DNA of 64,000 nucleotides from the IMG/VR virus record IMGVR_UViG_3300046836_000576, one strand, 5' to 3'. Made by a program: the position numbers and the translations under genes. Source of the stretch: an uncultured virus (IMG/VR IMGVR_UViG_3300046836_000576). Taxonomy: Duplodnaviria; Heunggongvirae; Uroviricota; Caudoviricetes. The notes beneath the pieces are model-generated. The model had not been told where the DNA came from. It was given only the letters and a program-made list of their open reading frames with translations, and did not search any database. Numbering within the stretch: position 1 is the first letter of the stretch; every line of letters begins with the position of its first letter. Of this stretch, positions 38,244-47,421 are shown piece after piece.

Positions 38244-39482
38244 ATGAGCAAGCAACTTCTAAAAGCATTACGAAAAAAGTACCGAACGCCACAAGATGCG
38301 GTGCGGGCGCTCGGCTTAGACGCCGCTCTTCTAGACGATAAGGAGGTATCTATGCCTGATCCTAAGCCCGTACCAAAGCCTGATACAAAACTAGCGCCGG
38401 CAGCTATGGTTGCCAAAGGTGCTCTGCTTACCTATCTCACACCTCGCCTCGCTCAAGATGCTGCACCCCTTGACTATAACTCCATTGTGCGTGGAGTTAC
38501 GTCAAAGAACTTTAACAGCAGAAAGACCGACATCATCAAGACGGTCAAGTATGCGACCAAAGGCAAGTTGGCCAAGGATGCTGATATCCAGGATCTAGCC
38601 AACCTTTTGGACGCATTGTCACCTTCTGCGGGTCAGGCAGATGTTGAGGGTGGGATGATGCCTCAGGGTGGTGGTGGACCGCCTCCCATGCAGACGGAGC
38701 CCAATGCTGGGCCGCCCATGGGTGCATCACCAGAGGAAGATGGTGAACCCGAAGATGTTGTTGCAAAGATTAAGGCATACCTTGAGCAAGAAGGGGTATC
38801 GCCTGAGATCTTGCAGAACCTTGACGCATTTCTCGCTGAGCAAGGCAATCCTGATCCTGACCTCAGTGGAGGTGGCGGCGCTCCTCCTCCCGACAATGGT
38901 GGTGGTGGCGGTGGTGGCGGCGGCGAGGAACAGCAGAGTAAAGACCCCAATGGAAACGGAGGAGATCAAGGTATGGCCAGCAACATTCCGCCCCCGACCG
39001 CAATCGGCGGTATGGACGAAAACGAGCTTGAGGATTGCGTGAGCGACGAAGAGGAAGAGACCGAAGAGGAGCGCAAAAAGCGCGAAGAGGCAATGGATGA
39101 AGTTGTCCCCTCTGAGCAATCCGAGCCGGTGACAAAGACGGCAATGGACGCGGCAATCAAGCGCGCTGTTGCTCGTACTGTCCAGACCCAGAAGAACATT
39201 CGCGCAGCTGAGCGCTTTGTTCGTCCTTGGGTTGGTGACCTGGCTATGGATGCTGCTCGGCCGTCCGATGTTTACCGTACTGCCTTAAAGGCACTCGGTA
39301 TGGACTCGGCAAAGGTCGACAAGATGCATCCGGATGCCTTGTTGCCTGTGCTTGAAGCGCAGCCTCGGCCTAGTGTTCGTCGTCCCAATCAGGGCGGCCC
39401 GCGCATGGCGGCGGATGCCAAGATTGAAGGCGGTTCGTTCGCTGAGCGGTTCGACTTCACCAAGAACATCACTATTCAGTAA
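38244..39482 (+). CDS. Capsid scaffold protein
   Basis: Acidic low-complexity middle; AMDAA motifs; V.P.VG.LAMD C-terminus; second start at 38352 with AGGAGG. Confidence 0.8.
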   Translation: MSKQLLKALRKKYRTPQDAVRALGLDAALLDDKEVSMPDPKPVPKPDTKLAPAAMVAKGALLTYLTPRLAQDAAPLDYNSIVRGVTSKNFNSRKTDIIKTVKYATKGKLAKDADIQDLANLLDALSPSAGQADVEGGMMPQGGGGPPPMQTEPNAGPPMGASPEEDGEPEDVVAKIKAYLEQEGVSPEILQNLDAFLAEQGNPDPDLSGGGGAPPPDNGGGGGGGGGEEQQSKDPNGNGGDQGMASNIPPPTAIGGMDENELEDCVSDEEEETEEERKKREEAMDEVVPSEQSEPVTKTAMDAAIKRAVARTVQTQKNIRAAERFVRPWVGDLAMDAARPSDVYRTALKALGMDSAKVDKMHPDALLPVLEAQPRPSVRRPNQGGPRMAADAKIEGGSFAERFDFTKNITIQ

Positions 39483-39520
39483 ATCCTGAGGTGATTTGCT
39501 GATAACTAATGGAGGTTTCA

Positions 39521-40492
39521 ATGCCTTTGTTTCAAGCTCAGGTTTATCCGCAACAGGCACCTGGTGTAGAGGGTGACTTTTGCGATCACAATCCGCGGGC
39601 CACTGTGGATGCTGGCCCCGGTGGGCTGGTTGCTGCATCTGAGGGCGTGACTGTTGCTCGGTTTGGTTGGCTTGATGCCAGCATTATCGACCCGAACAAT
39701 GCTCCGACCTTGGTTCACACCCGCGCTATTGGTGGTGTTATTGCACCGGCAGGGTTTGTTCATCGTGAACAGCAGGGCCTGATCACCAGTTACCTTGGTG
39801 GTGTCAGTATGCTGGTCCCCGGTGGCTTCCCCATTACTCTCCATCAGGCTGGTGGGTTCTTTGTTCTCAATCGGGGTACTACCTATGCCCAGTATGGGAT
39901 GAAGGCCTTTGCTCGTCTGAGCGATGGTGCTGTGGTATTTGGTGCAACAGGTACTGCCCCGGGTGCAGCGACCGTGACTAGTTCGGTCGCAGCATCAACC
40001 TTTAGTGCCACCGGCTCAATTGCTGGTAATGTCTTGACTGTTAGTGCAGTTGGGGCTGGTTCTGTGGTACCTGGTTCCACAATCTCTGGTACCAATGTTG
40101 TAACGGGTACCAGGATTCTCGGTCAGTTGAGTGGTGCTACACCTGGTGGTGTTGGTACTTATGCAGTCAGCATTGCCGAGCAGACTGTTGCCTCCACAGC
40201 AATTGCTGGTACCTATGGTACGATGACTGTCACCGTCGCCGGTGCAACTCCAATCGAGGTTGGTGATGCGCTGTCGGGTGGTACTGTTGTTGCTGGTACT
40301 TCCATCACGGCAATGGGCCCAAACTACGGTCTGACTGGTACGGGTGGCCTTGGTACCTATGCTGTGGACAATAACACAGTGGTTGCCTCTGCTTCTCTTG
40401 GCGCCACTGACGCAATTGAGACCAAGTGGTTTGCGACCAGCGCAGGTGCGGCAGGCGAAATCATCAAGATGTCCAGCTGGCCGCTTGGCTAA
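39521..40492 (+). CDS. Head decoration/cement protein
   Basis: FQ.QV....APGVEGDF...NPR, GFVHREQQGLIT; directly before the capsid gene. Confidence 0.8.
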   Translation: MPLFQAQVYPQQAPGVEGDFCDHNPRATVDAGPGGLVAASEGVTVARFGWLDASIIDPNNAPTLVHTRAIGGVIAPAGFVHREQQGLITSYLGGVSMLVPGGFPITLHQAGGFFVLNRGTTYAQYGMKAFARLSDGAVVFGATGTAPGAATVTSSVAASTFSATGSIAGNVLTVSAVGAGSVVPGSTISGTNVVTGTRILGQLSGATPGGVGTYAVSIAEQTVASTAIAGTYGTMTVTVAGATPIEVGDALSGGTVVAGTSITAMGPNYGLTGTGGLGTYAVDNNTVVASASLGATDAIETKWFATSAGAAGEIIKMSSWPLG

Positions 40493-40575
40493 GAAGTGGT
40501 GGGCTTAGTCCCACCACTAATACAGTAACTACCGCAAGGATCACCAGGCGGTAATCCTTTATTCCGGAGGAACAA

Positions 40576-41745
40576 ATGCAAAATTTTAGTGGTGCGCGGG
40601 CTGCCTGGTCGGCTGATCGTGCGGAATGGGAAAATCGTGGTGTATATCTTCCCGCGATTACGGCATACACGCCGGAGTCTTGGAAGAACAACCCACAACT
40701 GGCCCAGGACGAGATGCTCCAGATGGCCCAGGATGCTTGGGGCTATGGTGGATACGGCCATAATAGTATGGCGATGGATGCACCGCCTCCACTATATACT
40801 GACCCGAACTCGGCAATCCCCGCCCTGCTTACTACGACTATTGACCCCGAGGTCTTTCGTATCTTGTTCAGCCCGAACAAGGCAGCGGAAGCGCTTGGTG
40901 GTGAAGTCAAGCGTGGTGATTGGCTGCAAGACATCATCTACTTCCCGGTCGTCGAGGCGACTGGTGAAGTGTCTAGCTATGGCGACTACAATGAGAACGG
41001 CAACGCCGGGATCAATGTTGGGTGGCCGGCTAGGCAAAACTATCTCTTCCAGGTCATCAAAGAGTATGGTGAGCGGGAAGTAGAGCGTGGTGGTCTTGCT
41101 CGGGTCAATTGGGTGGCTGAGATCGATCGTGCAGCGGCCCAGACTATTGCCAAGTTCATGAACCTTACCTACCTGTTTGGTGTTGGTGGGCTCCAGAACT
41201 ATGGCATGACTAATGATCCCAATCTGACTGCAGCCCTTAGCCCTGCTCCAAAGGCAGCGGCAGGCAACAGCCCGAGATGGATCATCAATGGTGTCATGAA
41301 TGCAACGGCAAACGAGGTCTATGCTGATATTGAGACCTTGTTCTACCAACTGGTCTTGCAGACCGGTGGGTTGATCGACACGGATACTTCGATGACCTTG
41401 TGCATGTCACCTGGCGCCCAAGTCGCCCTGACGATCACCAACAGCTTCGGTGTCAACGTTCGTGACCTGATTGACAAGAACTTTGGCAATATCAAGCTGA
41501 TCACGATCCCGCAATATGCAGCTCGTGGGCCAATCATGCCGCAAGGTGTGGCGGCTGGCGAGTTCGTGCAGCTGTTTGCCAATGAAGTTGAAGGTCAGAA
41601 GTTTGCGTTTCCGGCTTACTCAGAGAAGATGCGCGCGCACCCTGTTATTCGCGCACGTTCGTCCTTCTCTCAGAAGGTCAGTGCAGGTACTTGGGGCACA
41701 GTGGTGCGGATGCCGGCAGCTGTTGTCAGCATGATTGGTGTCTAG
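40576..41745 (+). CDS. Major capsid protein (DUF2184-like)
   Basis: AMDA, N..IPA.L.T.IDP, GE.SSYGD, YG..NDPNL, EKMRAH, QK..AGTWG. Confidence 0.9.
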   Translation: MQNFSGARAAWSADRAEWENRGVYLPAITAYTPESWKNNPQLAQDEMLQMAQDAWGYGGYGHNSMAMDAPPPLYTDPNSAIPALLTTTIDPEVFRILFSPNKAAEALGGEVKRGDWLQDIIYFPVVEATGEVSSYGDYNENGNAGINVGWPARQNYLFQVIKEYGEREVERGGLARVNWVAEIDRAAAQTIAKFMNLTYLFGVGGLQNYGMTNDPNLTAALSPAPKAAAGNSPRWIINGVMNATANEVYADIETLFYQLVLQTGGLIDTDTSMTLCMSPGAQVALTITNSFGVNVRDLIDKNFGNIKLITIPQYAARGPIMPQGVAAGEFVQLFANEVEGQKFAFPAYSEKMRAHPVIRARSSFSQKVSAGTWGTVVRMPAAVVSMIGV

Positions 41746-41747
41746 GC

Positions 41748-41775
41748 AGTTAGGGGGAAACTGGTCCCCCTAACA
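41748..41775 (+). terminator. Hairpin after the capsid gene
   Basis: GTTAGGGGGA-AACTGG-TCCCCTAAC; weak U-tract. Confidence 0.5.
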
Positions 41776-41807
41776 ATGTTTGAAATGATAGGAGGTAAAA
41801 GGTAATC

Positions 41808-42359
41808 ATGGCTGATAGTATGCAAGTCCCGCCGCCCCAGCCACCGCGCCCAGCGGTCCCGTTCTCAAGAGGAGCAACAACGGGCGACACTGTATATGTC
41901 GCCTGTAAGCTCCCATCAGGGATTGTCTTGCGGGTATTTCAGTGGCAAGAATATATGGAGCCGCTGCGGGATGGTACAATGAAAGAATCGCGTAGAGCCA
42001 TCCCTGTTGAAGGCGCCCAGTTTGTTTGTCGCGGACCTTGGATTGCCACAGCAGGCCAGGCATACAATTTCAGTAGTGCAGTCACTGAATTGTTACCTGG
42101 TGGTTATGCGATAACAGAAGGTTGTCCCAAAGATGTATGGGATGGCTGGCATATGCAGAATAAGACCAGTGATCTGGTCAAAAACCAGGTTGTCTTGGCC
42201 CATAAGGATAGGGCAACACTGATTACCGAATGCAAGCAATTGACTAGTGTTGTTACGGGTCTAGAACCTCTGGACCGTAATAATCCAAGTGCCAAGATGG
42301 GTGGTGTAGACAGAAGACTTAGGCTTGGCATCCTTGAGCAAGGGGAAGGCAATAGGTAA
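41808..42359 (+). CDS. Conserved head-module protein
   Basis: VACKLPSG..L, GGYAIT, TGLEPL; position after the capsid gene. Confidence 0.75.
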   Translation: MADSMQVPPPQPPRPAVPFSRGATTGDTVYVACKLPSGIVLRVFQWQEYMEPLRDGTMKESRRAIPVEGAQFVCRGPWIATAGQAYNFSSAVTELLPGGYAITEGCPKDVWDGWHMQNKTSDLVKNQVVLAHKDRATLITECKQLTSVVTGLEPLDRNNPSAKMGGVDRRLRLGILEQGEGNR

Positions 42360-43201
42360 TGGCGTCCGATACAACATTTGGACCCATACTCCCAGCACCT
42401 GTGCGGGACTACTTTACCTTTGACTTTACCAATGAAATTGGTAATGTCCCGCCAGGTGCTACTAATACCAGTCCCGTTATCCAGTCAGCATTATGGACTA
42501 TTGATATTGAACCAACATCAGATCCGACTCTTGACTTGACACCATTGTCTAGGTTGATTGGTACACCTGTATTTGATCAGTATAAGACCAGTCAACTAGT
42601 AGGAGATATGGTTGACCAATGTATCTATGTATTGACTGCTCAAGTAGCCTTAGATGACGGAAGGATTTTATTGAAGTCTGGTGAATGTGTTTGTATGACA
42701 TGGCAAGAACCCGTCTTGCCACCAGTAGACGCATTTGTTGTCAAGTTTGATTATGATAGATTTACTAGTGCTTTCCCTCAGTTTAGTGGTACAGATAGTG
42801 ACGCCTTAGAAAGGATGTGGATTACTGCAGGATTGATATTTAGAAATGATGCGACTAGTCCTGAGCAGGATCTAAATACAAGAGCCTATTTATTGGCATT
42901 GTTGACTGCTCACATTGCAACACTGTTTGCTGGACCAGGTGGTCCTGGTATGGGTGGGTATGGCGGTAGTGGAATGGTGGGAAGAATTAACAGCAAATCG
43001 GTAAACGGTGTAAGTGTTTCCTCCGAGGGATTCCCTGGTGTTACAGGTACTCAGAGCTGGTATTTGATGACCCAGTTTGGAGCTTTGTTTTGGAAGGCAA
43101 CAGCAGCCTATCGTACCTTCCATTATGTACCTGGGCCTGTTAGGTTTCCAACTTACTTTGGTTGGCCTTATGGTAGGTTTGGAGGACCTTGGTTGACTTA
43201 G
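42359..43201 (+). CDS. Head-tail adaptor (DUF4054-like) with extra N-terminal domain
   Basis: C-half FDY..F...FPQF, LLTAHIA, VGRI.S..V..VSVS, TQFG..FW. Confidence 0.8.
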   Translation: MASDTTFGPILPAPVRDYFTFDFTNEIGNVPPGATNTSPVIQSALWTIDIEPTSDPTLDLTPLSRLIGTPVFDQYKTSQLVGDMVDQCIYVLTAQVALDDGRILLKSGECVCMTWQEPVLPPVDAFVVKFDYDRFTSAFPQFSGTDSDALERMWITAGLIFRNDATSPEQDLNTRAYLLALLTAHIATLFAGPGGPGMGGYGGSGMVGRINSKSVNGVSVSSEGFPGVTGTQSWYLMTQFGALFWKATAAYRTFHYVPGPVRFPTYFGWPYGRFGGPWLT

Positions 43202-43405
43202 GTTGGGAGGTAGTGATGCCTATAGTGGAGCATGACGAACCCCGAAGTGAAACAATGTCATGGCGGCCCCTGCCATACCTGGCGCCAGGTGAAGTGGAGC
43301 GGAGGTCTGATATCACCGCTGTGTGGTCGGAAACGACGGGCGATGATGAGGGGCAGGCGGGAGCCGGTAAAGAGTAGCCCGCACTTTTGATAGGGGAGAA
43401 ATGTT

Positions 43406-43726
43406 ATGCCGTTTGATGGTACAGGCTTTGATCCGGTAACCCGTAGGTTGATACTGGCGCGGGAAAGAGTTGAAGCAGGGTGGTGTAAGGGTACCTTTCG
43501 AACCAACCAACAAGAGTACTGTATGTTGGGTGCGATTGGATTCCGTTCTCTGAAAGAGATCACTGATAGTTTCAAGTCCTACCGGTCGCTTAGGTTTAAG
43601 GCAATGATGCGACTGCAAGATGCCTTGGGTCATGATTGGTCCATAATAGCTTGGCAAGACAAACACAGGCGGACCAAGGAGGAAGTCTTAGCCATCTTTG
43701 ATAAGGCTCTCACCCTTGTGGGATGA
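43406..43726 (+). CDS. DUF6197-like protein
   Basis: GWCKG, C.LGAI, WQD...RTKEEVL..FDKA. Confidence 0.7.
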   Translation: MPFDGTGFDPVTRRLILARERVEAGWCKGTFRTNQQEYCMLGAIGFRSLKEITDSFKSYRSLRFKAMMRLQDALGHDWSIIAWQDKHRRTKEEVLAIFDKALTLVG

Positions 43727-43796
43727 GCCTGGTACTGAATGATGCGTTGGTATTGATATTTGTCTCTCAGATAGTGCTGGTGTTTGTATTGTTGGC

Positions 43797-44042
43797 TTGC
43801 TACAAAGCCGATATTCCAATCCGTATACTAGAGTTGATGATAATATTGTCATGGGGTTGGTTGTTGTGTTGTTTATAATACTCTGGTTACGCGGTGTGGT
43901 GCTGGTGCTGTGGTTTAGTTTTCTTGGGATGCTGTTAACACATCCCATAGTTACTTTCTATTGGGTTAGTGCTAGGCCTATTCCCCTCACTTTATTGTCA
44001 TTGATTTGCTTGATGACGGTGCTCCCACCGCCCAGTCGCTAA
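43797..44042 (+). CDS. Membrane protein (start uncertain)
   Basis: Hydrophobic segments; just upstream of the endolysin. Confidence 0.45.
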   Translation: MLQSRYSNPYTRVDDNIVMGLVVVLFIILWLRGVVLVLWFSFLGMLLTHPIVTFYWVSARPIPLTLLSLICLMTVLPPPSR

Positions 44043-44169
44043 GTTCCCTACTAATACTCACTCATACATCGTTTTCCAGGCGATTCTAGCGGTATTACCG
44101 GAGCGTCGAGTACCGCAGCATAGCTAGGATACTTCACCTCGATGTACACCCTGTAAATAGGCATTCATC

Positions 44170-44616
44170 ATGCAGATGTCAGACAATGGTCGTCGCCTCT
44201 TGATGGAGCGGGAAGGCGTTAAGTTAACCGCTTATCAAGACAGCAAAGGCATTTGGACTATTGGGGTGGGTCATACCAGTGTGGCTGGCCCTCCAACAGT
44301 CACTCCTGGTTTGACTATTACCAGGGAAGAGGTAGAAGAAATCTTTGAAAGAGACATTGCCAAGTTTGAGAATGGTGTTTCCGCAAGACTAAAGCGTGAG
44401 GTTAATCAGCATCAGTTTGATGCTTTAGTATCGATCGCCTATAACATTGGCTTAGGTGGATTTGGTGGATCCACGTTCTTGCGGCATATTAACGATGGTC
44501 TCATTGAAGCGGCAGCAGATGCCATTCTAATGTGGAATAAACCACCTGAGATCATTGGTAGAAGACGTGCAGAAGCTGAACAGTTTCTTGATTTGCAACA
44601 TGTTGCTCGTGTATAA
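44170..44616 (+). CDS. Endolysin, GH24 lysozyme
   Basis: EG..L.AYQD..G.WTIG.GHT, QFDALVS..YNIG, RR.AE. Confidence 0.93.
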   Translation: MQMSDNGRRLLMEREGVKLTAYQDSKGIWTIGVGHTSVAGPPTVTPGLTITREEVEEIFERDIAKFENGVSARLKREVNQHQFDALVSIAYNIGLGGFGGSTFLRHINDGLIEAAADAILMWNKPPEIIGRRRAEAEQFLDLQHVARV

Positions 44617-44717
44617 TGCAGTCATTGGAACTATTAACAATCATACTGGTAGGTATAAAAGTGGTGGTGGACTCGGGGTTGTTTATCCTCTTGATCCTTA
44701 AAGTGTATCATTCATGA
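44616..44717 (+). CDS. Small hydrophobic peptide
   Basis: Read manually: MQSLELLTIILVGIKVVVDSGLFILLILKVYHS; coupled on both sides. Confidence 0.5.
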   Translation: MQSLELLTIILVGIKVVVDSGLFILLILKVYHS

Positions 44718-45523
44718 GAACAGTTGGTCTCCCCCCAGAACTTGCCCGTTCACGCTGGCGTCCTACCGCTACCCAGCGTAGGCAATTACAACGTGAACGG
44801 CAACATTTTGAGAAGGTAAGGCGGGCTGAAAGATATTATGCACAACAACTAAGAGCAGTTGCTCGTAATATTGGCATGATCATCAATGGTTTCACCCCAG
44901 GTGATAGAGACCATTTACCTCAGCTAATAGAGCTGCTTAGTAGATATTCAGCAATGATTAACCCCTGGGCTAGAGTAACTGCAGCCCGCATGATAGCTGA
45001 AGTCTCACGTAGAGATGCAGGAGCCTGGTTTAGGCTTAGTAGGGAAATTGGTGTTGAGTTAAGAAACATGATTGAGAATGCCCCTATTGGTGGGGTAATC
45101 AAGCAAATGTTAGATGATCAAGTTACTCTAATCACATCTTTACCTATTGATGCAGGTAGAAGAGTACAGGAATACACACAAGACTTTGTTGTAGGTGGAC
45201 GCAGATATGACGACCTTGTTCAGTTGGTGCGGGATTCTGGTAATGTTACAGTATCTAGAGCCACGCTCATTGCGCGGACTGAAACGGCTAAGTGTCAATC
45301 GGCTATTGTTCAGGCACGCGCACAACACATAGGTGCAGAACAGTATATCTGGAGGACAGTAAGAGATGCGGCTGTTAGGCGGGAACACAGGGCTTTGGAA
45401 GGGACAATACAATCATGGGATGACCCACCCGTGGCTGAGGCCGGTGGTGAGCGCCATCACCCTGGTAACTTTCCTAATTGCCGTTGCTTCGCTGAGCCTA
45501 TTCTTCCTGAGGTGATAGTGTGA
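44714..45523 (+). CDS. MuF/SPP1 gp7-like minor head protein
   Basis: RA.LIARTET, YIWRT..D..VR..H, HPG...NCRC. Confidence 0.9.
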   Translation: MRTVGLPPELARSRWRPTATQRRQLQRERQHFEKVRRAERYYAQQLRAVARNIGMIINGFTPGDRDHLPQLIELLSRYSAMINPWARVTAARMIAEVSRRDAGAWFRLSREIGVELRNMIENAPIGGVIKQMLDDQVTLITSLPIDAGRRVQEYTQDFVVGGRRYDDLVQLVRDSGNVTVSRATLIARTETAKCQSAIVQARAQHIGAEQYIWRTVRDAAVRREHRALEGTIQSWDDPPVAEAGGERHHPGNFPNCRCFAEPILPEVIV

Positions 45524-45720
45524 CAGACTATTACACAAGTCAACCTGGTAGTGTTCTCAAGTTTAATGACTTGGAACATAGTTGGTTAACCTTTAACCCC
45601 TGTGGTGTAAGAGTCAATCTAAAGACAGGTGAAGTAGTCATTCCTGAAGGTATAACGTTAGATGAAGCATCCCGCGCGTTCTGGGAAGGATTGAGTCACT
45701 TTTATGGGGTTAAAGTTTAA
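45520..45720 (+). CDS. Hypothetical protein
   Basis: GTGA overlap; DEASRAFWE motif. Confidence 0.6.
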   Translation: MTDYYTSQPGSVLKFNDLEHSWLTFNPCGVRVNLKTGEVVIPEGITLDEASRAFWEGLSHFYGVKV

Positions 45721-45839
45721 AGTTTCGAAGCGCGCGCGCATCCATCCCGCGTACGCGCGCTTCGAAAAATAATCGAAAAGGAGTCTTTTTAGTGGGCATG
45801 ATAGCCGCGCGGGTATGCTTGCATGGGAGGAGTATTATT

Positions 45840-46040
45840 GTGGAAGAATGGCAAGTCAGAGTCATGGAAGAGCGTCAGGAATTGAATGATAGACTACAGC
45901 GTTTAGCAAAATTCATCAAGAGTAAAGAGGCGTTTGCCTTAAATCATATAGACTTTGCCCTTTTGTATTCACAAGAGTCAGCTATGCGGTCATACTTAAC
46001 CATCCTCAATCAACGTATTGATAGGTGGACTAATGCCTGA
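45840..46040 (+). CDS. Small coiled-coil phage protein
   Basis: RV.EE..EL..RL..L..FI ... Q...M..Y..IL..RI; GGAGGAG RBS. Confidence 0.7.
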   Translation: MEEWQVRVMEERQELNDRLQRLAKFIKSKEAFALNHIDFALLYSQESAMRSYLTILNQRIDRWTNA

Positions 46041-46587
46041 TGACACAGACAATTACGACAAGATCACCAAGGCACTGGAACGCCTTGCTGATATACATGT
46101 CATGGTGGGCATTCCTGCTGCCAATGATCAGCGCAGTGATAAAGCACCCAGCAACGCAACATTAGGTTATATCCACGAGGTAGGTAGTCCAATCAACAAC
46201 ATCCCAGCGCGTCCATTCCTAGTACCTGGTGTCAGGTCATCTGAGCGTGAGTGGACAAAGTATATGGTGCAGGCTGGGCAGGCTGCCTTTCGTGGTGATG
46301 AAGGTGTACTTGATAGAGCATTGAATGCCGCAGGACAAACGGCTGTCACGGCGGTCAAGAAGACAATAGTTGCTGGCATTCCACCACCACTAAAGCCAGG
46401 CACCGTTGCAGCAAGGGCTAGGCATGCAGGGGATGCCGCCTTTAATCAGGCCTATAGGCAATGGCATGCCAATTATAGACCAGGTCATACAGAAGTAACA
46501 TCAGGTGGTGTCACCCCATTGATAGATACTGCACAGCTAATAAACAGCATTACTTACGTGGTAAAGAAGCGTCCCGCACCACCTTAA
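46033..46587 (+). CDS. Neck/tail-completion protein
   Basis: VGIP, HE.G.P..NIPARPFL, PLIDT.QL.NSITY. Confidence 0.82.
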   Translation: MPDDTDNYDKITKALERLADIHVMVGIPAANDQRSDKAPSNATLGYIHEVGSPINNIPARPFLVPGVRSSEREWTKYMVQAGQAAFRGDEGVLDRALNAAGQTAVTAVKKTIVAGIPPPLKPGTVAARARHAGDAAFNQAYRQWHANYRPGHTEVTSGGVTPLIDTAQLINSITYVVKKRPAPP

Positions 46588-46678
46588 ACAACAACGTACA
46601 CGCGCGCATATATACGCGCGCACGCACAAGTGGCCAAGTCCCCATTTTGCCTGTAAATAGGATCTAAAAGGCAAAGGC

Positions 46679-47095
46679 ATGCCAATACACAATGTAGATG
46701 AAGCATTCGACCCTACCTTCTGGGATTACATCACTGTTGTCAGGCGTCAAGAGACTGTGAGCGGGCAAGGTCGCACGGTAATGAAGTTAGTCACTAGTCA
46801 ACAATTAGCGGTAGTAGTACCTGCATCACCAAATGATCTAAACAGATTGCCTGAAGCCGATATGATGAATAGAGCAATCACGATCTATACACCATACAGG
46901 CTACAAAGTTCATCTATTAACCATCTCACAGGTAGTCAAACTTTACCTGATCAGATTGTCTGGCACAATACCACGTTTATTGTGCGTATACTTGATGACT
47001 ATTCAGGTTATGGGCGAGGTTGGATTCAAGCAACAGCTGTGTCTTACGACTCTATCCCTGCCCCTCCCATACCAGATCCTATAGGCAGTGCCTAA
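46679..47095 (+). CDS. Head-closure protein
   Basis: DL.RLPE, D.I.W...T(F/Y).V, DYS.YG.G; synteny. Confidence 0.75.
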   Translation: MPIHNVDEAFDPTFWDYITVVRRQETVSGQGRTVMKLVTSQQLAVVVPASPNDLNRLPEADMMNRAITIYTPYRLQSSSINHLTGSQTLPDQIVWHNTTFIVRILDDYSGYGRGWIQATAVSYDSIPAPPIPDPIGSA

Positions 47096-47096
47096 G

Positions 47097-47243
47097 ATGA
47101 CTAAAAACGAAGCTGATGAGATTATCGATAGGCTTGATAAACTTATAGTTTTACTGAAAGTCTTAATAGAACAGTCTAGAAAATCTGAACCGGTTCGATT
47201 GTCTGCTGATGACTTGTATAGTCTTACGCATAGAAAGACCTAA
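47097..47243 (+). CDS. Hypothetical protein (48 aa)
   Basis: Read manually: MTKNEADEIIDRLDKLIVLLK... Confidence 0.5.
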   Translation: MTKNEADEIIDRLDKLIVLLKVLIEQSRKSEPVRLSADDLYSLTHRKT

Positions 47244-47250
47244 CAAGTTC

Positions 47251-47405
47251 AGGCCTCCCAACTCGCCCCCGAGGTGGTACCGCCGGAGATATGGGAGAGA
47301 GGGCAATGCAAGTCCAACAGTTGGGTGGAAGGACTTGCTTCAAGTGGAACGCGACAGAAATGCGACAAGCCAGTAGTCAAGAGTCCACGGACTGGCACAG
47401 CCTTT
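47251..47405 (+). ncRNA. Candidate structured RNA or leader
   Basis: Stems CTCCCA/TGGGAG, GCAAGTCC/GGACTTGC and GCCAGT/ACTGGC in an intergenic gap. Confidence 0.35.
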
Positions 47406-47421
47406 CCAAGGGAGTAGACTC

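Noticed and set aside
44151..46662. CTGTAAATAGG upstream of two late genes as a T4-like late promoter
   Set aside because: Only two copies noticed and no phage sigma factor in the window
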